A DNA stretch of 63,806 bases, counting the filler, from Blastocystis sp. subtype 4 (lineage: Eukaryota): assembly GCF_000743755.1 (NCBI RefSeq). It is 3 parts of 3 records of this genome, joined end to end, with 100 filler letters (N's around TTAATTAATTAA, not from the genome) between each part and the next. Parts side by side here need not be neighbours in the genome. Positions count along the whole stretch, not along the records: positions 1 to 29,524 come from NW_014569362.1; 2 more parts are not named here. One strand, given 5' to 3'. A program made the translations under genes and the position numbers. Of the stretch, positions 1 through 11,000 are shown piece after piece. The notes under the pieces are model-generated. The model was not told the DNA's origin, searched no databases, and saw nothing but the letters and a program-made list of their open reading frames with translations. Position 1 is the first letter of the stretch, and every line of letters begins with the position of its first letter.

Positions 1-104
1 ACCCAATCAAATTGCCATATCGGTTTTTGGGATCTAGTCGTTTGTGAAAGAAAAGAAATACATAGAACAATAGAATAAAGAGATAGGTGTACAAACAAAA
101 ACAA

Positions 105-2804
105 TTATTCAGTCACATAGATATTACAACACAAATCACGACTAATCTTTAGAAACCACGGATAGTAGCAGGGATAACTGTTTTCAATTGTGATCCAAAC
201 ACTTTGGAAAGATTGGCATCCAAATGAACTGTTATCATCACAGATGAAGGATTATCATCTGAAAACGAAACGTTCTCCAAACGAGGAAGATCTATGTCAT
301 AAGTCACTTTCTATGGTACCTTTCAAGCATAATACGTTAGCAGATGGCATACTATTTGTATTCCCACAAAGTGAATAATTGCTGAATGAAATCATTCGTA
401 GTTGCGGATTATCTAATTCAAAAATCATTACATATGATACTTTCAATGTGAGCTTGTTCAACACTACAAAATGCCATTCTTCCAAAGAGAATAGTATCCA
501 AAGCCGGTAAAGCTAATTCATCATTCACATTCAAGTCATACAAGAAATTGATAGATATTTGGTTTGACAAAAATTATGGCTACTATCATCTGGGGATCCA
601 ATGTACAGATCCTCGAGAGAAATAAGGTCTATATCAAAGAGAATGATTACGAATACCTTGAAGGATAAACTCCCTAAAATATTCAAATGAATAGGGATCA
701 ATTTGAATGGATTTAAGTTGATGACATGATTTGACAGAAAAAGTCCCGGATTCCTTTTCAGCATTGAAACTGCTTGCACCTATGGTTAGTTTTTTGAGAG
801 CAGGAAGAGAATCCACAGTGAAAGTGACGAAATGTGAGAAGCACTTTTCACCAATCCAAATTTCCTCCAAGCGAGGTCGATCTGTGATGTGAAACTCCTG
901 TCTGCGATTGGTTGCGAATGATTCATCAGCAATACGCATGGTTATAACACTAGCATTGATATCAATCCAATCTGACCAAGATTTGGATAATGAATTCGAC
1001 AAACATGCATTCGTCTCATCTCGAGAAAGTCCCAAGAGGATTCGTATGTCATGACGCTGTTTGATAGCCTCATCGCGAGTGATATCAACACGTCGTCGCC
1101 GAAGGAACTGTTGAATCTCTCTTACTTTGGTTTGATCACCTTTTTGGGCCAACTCGAATAGCATATTCTCGATATCAACACAGTTATTGCTTACAGAAGC
1201 CATTTCTTGTTCTTCCAAATGAAGCAAACGAATGATCTCATCATTCTCTTGAAGCTGATTGGGTGATAATACTGTTCCAGTGTTATTTGAGTACATGTCA
1301 ACAACATTACGAGAGATATCCAGATCAAGTTCCCAATCCCTTTGTTCATGCATTTGTTGAGCCAATTCTTCAGCAGAATGAGATGATATGTTAAAAACAG
1401 CATGATCTAACACAGCATCTGAAAGATGTAACCGTTTCTCATGAAGCAATCGTTCAAATGTAGTACAGCTGAAAGCACAATATTCATCAACATTCACTGT
1501 TTCATTTAACGACAAGCCAAAGACTTCAAGAAGAATACGACGATAAGCAGTTACTCGAATCCCTCCTCCAATAGGAATGACTCCATCAATTGCTGACTGT
1601 CCTAACAACTAAGACTAAGTCATTGAATTCATTCCTACACCTTTGAACTTTCTTGCTGCGTCTTCAAAACGAGAGAAGATGGGCTTACAATAATCTTCAA
1701 ACTCTTGCCGTGTGATTACCAGAGGTCCTGGTACTGGAATACTCAGGTCATAACACAATTCTTCTAAATTCTCTTCTCTTATCTCAGTGTCATCAATATT
1801 CATCATTACAAAATCACATTTCACTCGTTCAGCTAGTTCCATTAGGATTTGCCGTGTGACTGCATTTGATAGAAGCAAAGGATACTTGTCAACAGACGAT
1901 AGTCGACTCACAATCAATTTGGCAACTAACCGTGTAATTCGACTCCCACCCAAATTGTTTCTGTGGACTATCTCTCGAATACTTATCTTATTCTAATCAT
2001 GATCAGACATCCATGATCCTACTTGACAATACTCTACCGCACAAAATGTTACAAAAAATGATCCAAGATCTACAAAAACGTACGTAGAAGAAGAAGGTAC
2101 ATCGGAGAGATAAGATTGTCGGAATTCCACTGCAATTGGTAACATATGACGAACAAACCGACAGGAAGAGCATTTATCAAGGTGGAGAGAGAGGACAAGA
2201 CTATCGATCATATTAATAACAGATTGTTTCGAAATAGATTCAGGAATTGCTATAGTGAGTTCAGTGGATTTGAGCTGTTGAGACTGAGCGATATTGACTC
2301 GATCGAAGTAGAGAGCCGTTGGTTCTTTAAAAGCACAGTACAACAGATATTCCATCGTTAGAATAAAGAAAATGTAAAAATCACAAGATACTTCTTTTGT
2401 CCCTGTTTTAACCTGAACTCGGCATTGTCCATTTGAGTCATAGTGGAGATCTGCTGCACATAATTCTTCTTCAACGCGCTGTTCTTTTCTCACTAGTTTA
2501 AGGAGATGATGAAAGCCACCAAAGAAAATGAAATCTGCACTTGATGTTGCAATCTAGACATGATATTGAAAAGAATGCACGTTCTTTTCTGGAACAGTGA
2601 TCCAAACACATTACACACTTGTTCTTAATCATGATACTGTTTCTATTGATTACCCTTCCAAACATATTTTCACCTTGTTGAAATAGACAAATCATCAAAG
2701 TGACCCATTTCAGTTGCTCCAGTTTTATTTACTGTGTAATCCGACGATTCCTCCCATCGAGAAAACAGGATTGTTCTGGATCCATAATCAATTCCCAAGA
2801 TCAT
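105..2804 (-). CDS. Divergent Hsp70-like nucleotide-binding domain fused to C-terminal BspA-like leucine-rich repeats (multi-exon)
   Basis: ATG at 2804 gives MILGIDYGS. Later exons give VFVDLGSFFVT, LAERVKCDF, ITRQEFEDYC and IDGVIPIGGGIRV...NVDEYCA, which are Hsp70 NBD motifs in order. LRR-like LEEIWIGEKCF / LKKLTIGASSF / LKSIQIDPYSF follow. TAA at 107-105. Confidence 0.7.
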
Positions 2805-2981
2805 GGTTATATAATTCAAGAAATACAAACCGAGTCTATAATAATCACTATTTCTGGAACTGGAAATATCCGGGTTATGTGATAACGAAACTATATCAAG
2901 TCAGAATATGAATCTGTTGGAGAATATGTCTTGGATTTGATAGGGGTTACCATGCCATTTTTAGTGTTGCTGTGATCTAGA

Positions 2982-3607
2982 ATGTTGTTGAGATCCTTTT
3001 TACCTTATCTATACCGTGTACCATAGTAAATATAGTCTATATTTCATTACTGTAGTGTAATTGCTGCTTATTTGTTTCCTTCTTATTCTTCTTACTCTTC
3101 TGTGGTAAAGAATGACGTCGAAAAACAGAAGCAGTGGATCTTATACTGGTATGTGGTGATTTATGTGTTGTTACTTTAGGATGGTTCTATCCCTCTTTGA
3201 ATGTGTTTTTCTGGTAACAGACTTTCTTTTTAAAACGTAGGTACTTGTTTTTGTAGGATAGTGTAGGTCTTTCGTGTATCACTTCGTCAAATTCGTTTTT
3301 ATTATATGGCTTTCAATCCCATCGAATGGCGTATGTGATTTTAGTTATTGAAACTCAGGGCTTGACCTTCTTTTCTGATCATGTTGTAACTCCTCTTCTA
3401 AGAGTAGTATCTCCGATGAGTACTTATATGTAGGGTCATGCTGATGAGATTGACAAAGGTCTAAGTACAGGACTCTCGTATGTGTGTGGAAAGATCAAAG
3501 AAGCCTTGAATAAGGCCATTGACTATGTTCCTTACCTGATTCACTCTGCAGCAAAAGTAAGAAAGTGGATACGAATGAATAGTAGCTTAATGTTGAGAAA
3601 ACAGATT
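2982..3607 (+). CDS. HVA22/REEP/Yop1 (TB2/DP1) ER-shaping protein; stop completed by poly(A)
   Basis: Spliced reading gives YLFPSYSSYSSV...KQKQWILYW. The last intron (3557-3585) gives ...LNVEKTD followed by T at 3607, with TGTTTGTT at 3612-3619. Confidence 0.8.
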
Positions 3608-3621
3608 GTATTGTTTGTTTA

Positions 3622-5357
3622 TTACCTTCGTTTCGATTCTGGTTCACTAAGTGAAGAATGTTCACGTTTCGATTCTGGTTCACTAAGTGAAGAATGTTCA
3701 CGTTTCGATTCTGGTTCACTAAGTGAAGAATGTTCACGTTTCAGTCTTAGTTCACTAAGTGAAGAATGTTCACGTTTCAGTCTTAGTTCACTAAGTGAAG
3801 AATGTTCACGTTTCAGTCTTGGTTCACTAAGTGAAGAATACTCACGTTTCGATTCTGGTTCACTAGGTGAAGAATGTTCACGTTTTGGTCTTGGTTCACT
3901 AAGTGAAGAATACTCACATTTCAGTCTTGGTTCACTAAGTGAAGAATACTCACGTTTCTGCCGAGATGTGTTCGATATCTCTGTAGAATAACAATCTTAG
4001 ATTGAACCTACGTTTCATTACTTGTTGCATATACTCAGAGGATTCAGTCGTCCATCTTGAATTCACTTCTTTCGCAAAGAATGATTCATCGATTTGTAAT
4101 ACTTCTCTTGCTTTCGGACTCTGCAATACGAACATTAGTGAACTGCTTCTAGCTCTCATTACCTTAAAATTGTCTCGATATGCCATTCCATTACGATAGA
4201 AATGTTTATTCTTATCCAAAGCTACCATTGTCACGAAATACTTTCCTTTGACATCGTTAGTTGGTCGTTCACTCTTTCCATACACGGTGAGATTGTAGGA
4301 TTCACAATCACTATCATCCCAACCAGGAACTACAATGAAGAATGTGAGAGCTTTTTCGTTTTCTTCTGCCTTCTCCATGAAGGATATAATACGTCTAATG
4401 TTACGAATCATACATTCCTCAACAAATGGAGGATTACTCTCAAAGCAACCTTCTTCAACCAAATAACCAAAGAAACTACCTTTTGATCCGAAGAAATGAT
4501 CTGTATCATAGAAACGCGAGCAAAAGGATCCAATCAAAGGACATGCATTCATCGGTGAAGCAAAACACTCATGTTGTAATCCATACTCAGATTTAAGAAA
4601 TGAGAACACAGATTCAGGAAGCGCCATTTGATATCCACGAACATCCCCACTTACTGTATTATATCGAAGGAGGAGAAGCAACAACCGCTCCAAAAATAAT
4701 TGCTTATCTTCTTCAGACTCTATGGGTTGGCTTGACTCGTATTTCTGTTTAAGATTGTTATAAGCTTCATCTGATAACTTGATTTCATAATCCTTATGCG
4801 GGTCACTTCCATCAGTGAATCGAAATTGTATGATATCATCGACATCACTCTTTTGGACTGTGATCTTATCGTCATTCAGCTCTACAGGGAATACAAATAA
4901 TTACAAATACCACTGGATGATTGTTTGAATTCTTCGAACACCTGCTTTGCGATTTCCACCAATTGATCATCTAAAGCATCTGCATCTGCCTCTGAAAAAC
5001 CACCTTCCGTTAGTTCACGTTGAAGCCAATGATTTTTCTGTGGATTACTTGGAACGAGACAATCCTCTTCATTTGCCTATATTTTATCATTAACAATATA
5101 ATCCTACTCCACAGAGCTCTTGTATTAAGAACCAACGTTCCATTAATGCCTTGATTCCATTCTTGGTTCCTAAACGATGACACTTCTGCGATGTCTTTGT
5201 AGATTGATTAAATCCACCTTTTGTTTTAATCGCATCAGCAAATTGTTCAATAATACGATCAAGGGATTCTTGTCGTAGGATCTCAGTTGCAATACTCTTT
5301 TTAGAAACACTATATGATGATATTAATAAATGAAATGGACAGAACCTCTTTACTCAT
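3622..5357 (-). CDS. PCIF1: Cap-specific adenosine N6-methyltransferase (PCIF1/CAPAM-like) with C-terminal 12-aa repeats
   Basis: Motifs ECFASPMN, FCSRFYDTDHFFGSKGSFF and the catalytic NPPF are present. A 31-nt intron near 3983-4013 joins the repeat exon, which ends in TAA at 3624-3622. Confidence 0.85.
3629..3952. repeat. Nine 36-bp tandem repeats encoding KREHSSLSEPES-like units on the minus strand
   Basis: The unit cgtttcgattctggttcactaagtgaagaatgttca recurs at 3629, 3665, 3701 ... 3917 with minor variants. Confidence 0.95.
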
Positions 5358-5539
5358 TTGTGTAATTGTATGAGGGTGTCAAAATAAAATCTGATCTTGA
5401 TTGAAGCGTGTGATGTATGTGAAATCGAAAGATATGAAGTGTTCAAGTAATATGAGGAGATCGGATCAATCATTCTTATCACAACTACTCTATTTGGAAA
5501 TCTGTTCATCATAATCTTCTAACAAACATTTGCTCTAAA

Positions 5540-7913
5540 TCACACTTTCATAAACTGCTCGCTCAGTAATGCCTGAACTCTCTGAAACTCTTCACCTACA
5601 TTCCCCTCCACAATCAGCATATCCTTCTCATTCCGAATCATGATATTCTGATCATATAATTCAATTCGATCTCGTTCCAGACTCGCATCCATTTCATTCT
5701 CATTCAATAACTCAAAGACACGACGAATTGACAGGGGTTCTGTACGAAGAAAGATTGGACCCACCTTCCCTCGTACTCCCTGTCTGTTAATAGTTAGTAC
5801 CATCTCTTGCTTCGCTTCTGGTTCTTCAACATACTCTATACAAGCAGACACTCGTCTATTCATGATCCCTTCTAATTATACCCACCCCACTTCAGTTTCA
5901 CCAATAACTTGACGATCCATAGCTATCAACAAATGTTCATCAAGTCTCATTGTCATTACACTATGCTCACTCACAATCTCAGCAGGAGAACCTTCCTCAG
6001 CCACGATCACATCATACTGATTATCACGACGTAGTTTATCCATGAAGAAGTCTCGTTGTTGAGGGAGACCATGCCAACAAATCACATGAGTAGGATGGAT
6101 GGATCGAATCATACCATGCATTGTAGCATAGTCTGAAAGACCATTCATATCAATATACTCACGTCGCATCATCAATTGCAATGTATCTTCACTTGTTATG
6201 TATTTGAAGTATTGTTGTGTTGTTTCTTCCTATACATCAAATCCGTCTCTATTTAACACATCATCAAAATAATCCTCTTCTTCCTCTTCTTCTTCCTCTT
6301 CTTTCTTCGTTAATACAGGTTTGTATTCCGTGGGAATTACTCCAAATTCATCACGATGAACTTCTTCATCCACAAACGGAAATCTATCATTCACACTCCT
6401 CTCCTTATCTCACAGTGTATGTTGGAATCGACTTGTAGGAGCATCCTGCATCTCATCAAATGAATCAGAATCATTTGCTTCAATCGCATGTTCCTGTTCT
6501 GATGCTTCTCTTGCTCGCTTCTCCTGTTTCTCTATCAATCATTCTCTTATTCTTCTCTTACGCTGCTTTGCCTGTCTCGCTAACTCCGCTAACTTGGCTT
6601 CCAACTCTTCACCCATCAAAGGAATCTTCTTTCGATTCTACCATGAACTCTCATTCATTCATTCCTACTACAAACTTGAAGTGTTTCTCCAAAGGATGAT
6701 GAAGGATCCTATCAGCCAGAGTACCTGGTGCAGGTGTATTCACAAACAGTAACAAATTTTCAGGTCTCGAACACCATTTGTTCAGTAAGATCTGTGAATA
6801 TGATGTTTCCAACCCCGGTAATGAAGCCACCACAACCTTACCACCACGGGAATCCAATACATTCTCCACAACTGATACACAGGTCACATACCGAAGATCA
6901 AAAGCTTCTCGTTCTGCTTTTGCTGATGCTTGTAGAAGTCGAGAGTTGAGATTACTGGTAATACCTCGAACATGAGCAATCAATTGAGAGTTTCGTTTGG
7001 TTAGAAAGTAAACCTTAAAACTATCCAGGTGCTTCTCTTCCCATACACGTTCCAGTAATAGTAATACCTCCAGACAACGACCTGCTGAGTCTACAGGGAT
7101 CAGAACATTACCATGCTCTTCCTGCAGAGTATCTGCAATGAGATTACTGAAGTGACCAAACTTGGCTGTATCCAACTGACGGTAATCACGAGGGGTTTCT
7201 GTTGTATCCTCACACACATCTGTGATCAACATAGTCACCTTTCCTTCCAATGTGAACGAGGCAGCATTCAAATGGTTATCTGTGAGGGGATTGATGTTCA
7301 TTGAATACACCAGATTGTCAGTTTCGGTTTTGATATCCCAGATAGATCCGCCTACGATGTGACCAGCGATACGACTATGCATGAATCATGGTTATTTCAC
7401 CTACGGTCGAATGAAAACCGAATTCCCTTGACTGTTTGATAGCACTTCCCATTGATTGTACACAAGTGGATGAAATAGGGAATACAAGCTATTTAGATCT
7501 CTCTTATCAAACACACACGCTTCCTCTCCCTCTAAACGGTTTTCATATGTATCTTCAAGACAAAACTTGGCAATATTTATACTACATATCACAATCTAAT
7601 CAAAATCAAACGCATCTGCATTGATGAAGATGGGAACTTCATGATCTTGACCTTTGAATACATATGGTAATCCCCCCATATGCATGAAATCGGGATGAGA
7701 AACAAGAACTGCTGTTAGAGTAGGAATGTATTTCAAAACAGGTAACAGCATCGTTACATCCAGTCGGTCATCCCATCCACAATCCAATAGTAATCGAATC
7801 TGATTGTCAAACCATTCCTCCAAAGACCATACATCACCGACCTCAAGTACTGAACACATAGGTCCATAGTTTGTAGCTCCATAAATCGGGATAAATCGAT
7901 AGGTAATGGGCAT
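5540..7913 (-). CDS. CPSF2: Cleavage and polyadenylation specificity factor subunit 2 (CPSF100)
   Basis: Motifs LLDCGW, VLVSHPDFMHMGGLPY, AGHIVGGSIW, GNVLIPVDSAGRCLEVLL and PGTLA. TGTTTGTT follows on the minus strand (plus 5521-5528). Confidence 0.9.
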
Positions 7914-8052
7914 GGCGTCGAGATATTGAGGAAAAACAAGAATGCAGAAATGGGCCGAGTTTCAGTCAATGAGAAGAATCAAGGAGATTTCTTCGTTTCT
8001 TTCCCACCTTTATGAATACTTACGACTTGGGGATTTGAATATATTCATTCGA

Positions 8053-11000
8053 ATGGAAGAAGAAAATGCTGCCAATCAGAATGTCTATCTCATGTCGTTA
8101 TTCGGGTTACTTGGGAAGGAAGGTGATCCCCATCCTCTCATCAATGCAGATGAGAAGCAAGAAATTGCGCATGCTCAAAACATGACCCAGTTGTCTTGGT
8201 TTTGTACTTCGAAAGACTATGTGGATATGGATATCCTCTCCTTCTTTAGTACATCAGGTATCCCAGTAGTATTGTGTTGGAGAGTTCTAATTCTAGTTTT
8301 TCAATATCTTGGTTCAATTGTTGTATGGTTTGTCATTTCATAATTACTCATCTACATTTACGTATCAAATGAATGCGACTACACGAAAATGTATGATTCG
8401 ACTCTTGGGTTCCGATGATCGACGTCTTTTATCGCTTCTCTTGTATGACTGCAATTGCGTTATCAATGTACGTATTAGAATGAGTGTACTAGATAGGATT
8501 TGCTCTCCTTTCAGAAGCTCTACTCAAACAAGACTGTACCAAACGCTTTGTTGTCATCTTTTCATGCTACATCTCGCTACATTGGTAATAATTATGGTTC
8601 ATTGAGTTCTCAAACTGAATCCTGTTATTGTTTTCCGTTTACATGATCTGTAGTTAGTGCTTCCAGTCAGCGAGATCTGTGTGTTATTTATGATTGTTCT
8701 TCTGGAGATACACGTCATGCACTTCTTACCAATTCTGTCGAATTTCTATCAATCCTCTTACATGATCCTCTCTCCTTCATTCTCTTTACTGATTCTTCAT
8801 TACTTCTTCATTCCACTTGTAGACAGTTACTTCAAGACTATCGTAATCTCGACTCAGCAGTAAATCTTCTTGTTTCTTTATATCATTCCTCATCCTTCTC
8901 TGTTTCTATTGTCTATCTCCTTCAACGAGTTCTCTCATCCATTGCAACTCATCTGGTCAACTCAGAATCAGGAACAGCCTGCAGTGCTGTTGCTTCTCTG
9001 AGTGATGACCATTTTCATTCTCTCATTACAATGACGGAATCTGTTCTTCTACAACTCCCCAAATCAGATATCCTATTCCCGCGGGATTTGATCATTCTTC
9101 CTATTCAACAGTTCCTGACTCATCTCCCATTCCAAGAGAGACCTGCTTTTTTAGAACCCATGATTCGTATCGTATTGGTACTACGACACTCTCAAGCCCT
9201 TCCGGATGCTGTTTGTGTCAGCTTCTATCTGCAGAGGATTCAAGAGTTCTCTGAACAGTCTGGTACAGATCAGGGTTCTGTTCATTATCTTCATATGATG
9301 GAGATGTTCAGTGATCTCTTGATGGATATGGCACTTCATGACATATCCATCATCGAACAGATTCTTCCAACTCCTTCTCCCTGTAGCAAACAACCACGTA
9401 CTGTATTGTTACTTCCTCCAGAGACACCTCTGGCTCTCTATTCGAGTTTGCTCCAGTTATGCTCCTTCCTTCTAATACATGCAGAACACGGGAATGAACC
9501 ACTTCTATCATCTGACTCCATTCAATTCTTGATAGATCTCAAACATGCTTTGATAGTCTACTTCAAAGAGCGAATCATTCCAATACTGGACTTCTCTTCA
9601 GATCAGCTTCGACAGCAAGTGAATTGTTCAGAACACACTCTATTATGTGTCTGTGTGAATGTGTGCACAACACAACTGTTGGATCATGAGGAGGATCTGC
9701 GAATATGTCTCTATGAAGCTATCCTCTCACGTGCCAAGAGATTGATGGAGAAGGAGAGAAGGATAGAAGTTGAGGCAGGAACAAAGAAGATTTCAGTAAT
9801 CGTGTTTGATGGAAGAAGTAGTTTAATCTAAGTGTTTGAATGATAGGCAATGTGTTATTAAGGAAGTCTCTTGAAGGGACTAAGAATGAATCAATTGAAT
9901 CTGTTCTATTGAGTGAATATGACTGTAATGAACTGATTCTATTGTTACTATCTTTATCACCTTCTCTATTGTGATTCTTATTCCTTGATATCATGAATAG
10001 AGATTATAAGCAATCCCTTGATAATCAAGCAATCACTTTCCTTGCTAATGGGTTTATTACTCTTGCTTCCTCTCTTCCTCATAAGTCATTCCTCTTCTTC
10101 TTTCTTATTCCTAGTGGTTATTCATTTGTTTCTCTTTGTCTTCATTGTCTCTTGTATCATGTTTCCCAACTCCAAAATATCTCCCTATTTTTGACATCCA
10201 TTCTTACAGCAGAGCTTTCCACTCATCATTCATTCTCTATTCTAACTCTGTTCTATTCAATTCGTAACTTCTCTTGTGCTCTATCCAAATATGTGAATGG
10301 TTCTTGTTGTTACCTCTGTCTTCATCGACCTGATCGATCACTGTATGGAGATTATCCCAATAACCTCTTCCTTCAAGCTTCTAATACTTGTGTTGATATG
10401 AATCAGCTCTATTTTGTCCTATTCCAATCACTTCATCAACCTATGATCACGGAGTTCTGTCCTCAGTTGAGCTCATCATCTCAACCCTCGGATGAGGATC
10501 TCAAAGTTTTGGAGAGTTATTGTTGTGTGGTTGCTTCGTTTATCTATCATTCTCTTTCTATCTTATCGTATATTGTCAATCAGGAAGGCAACCTTATGTT
10601 GCGAAATGTGAATTACATTCAGGATCAAAATGGAATACATGAAGGAATGCAAAATAGTTGGCTATTTCTTCATTACACAATTCTTCATGATTTTCTATGG
10701 AAGCAGGTTTTAGCTCAACCTCATTTGTTTCCATCACATAGTAGTGGAGTGATTATCCTACTCTTCTCATATGTCTATTTGGATGAAATATGTGAAGGAA
10801 TGTATGAGGATTTATCGAATTCAATGCTTCATGTTACTGGATTTAAGCCATTGTTAGAAGTAATGGAAGCAATAGAAGATGAACTAAAAGCAGCAGTGAA
10901 TGAGAAGGACTATCAAGATCGAGTCACACGATATCAATCTATGGTCTATGGGATATTGAATGCTATTGGTGGAGTATGTGTAAACATGGAGTTATTCCCA

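Noticed and set aside
3482..3991. Plus-strand ORF with RFDSGSLSEECS repeats, or a CRISPR-like array
   Set aside because: There are no unique spacers. The repeats fit the PCIF1 tail on the minus strand, and the plus ORF is read-through of an HVA22 intron.
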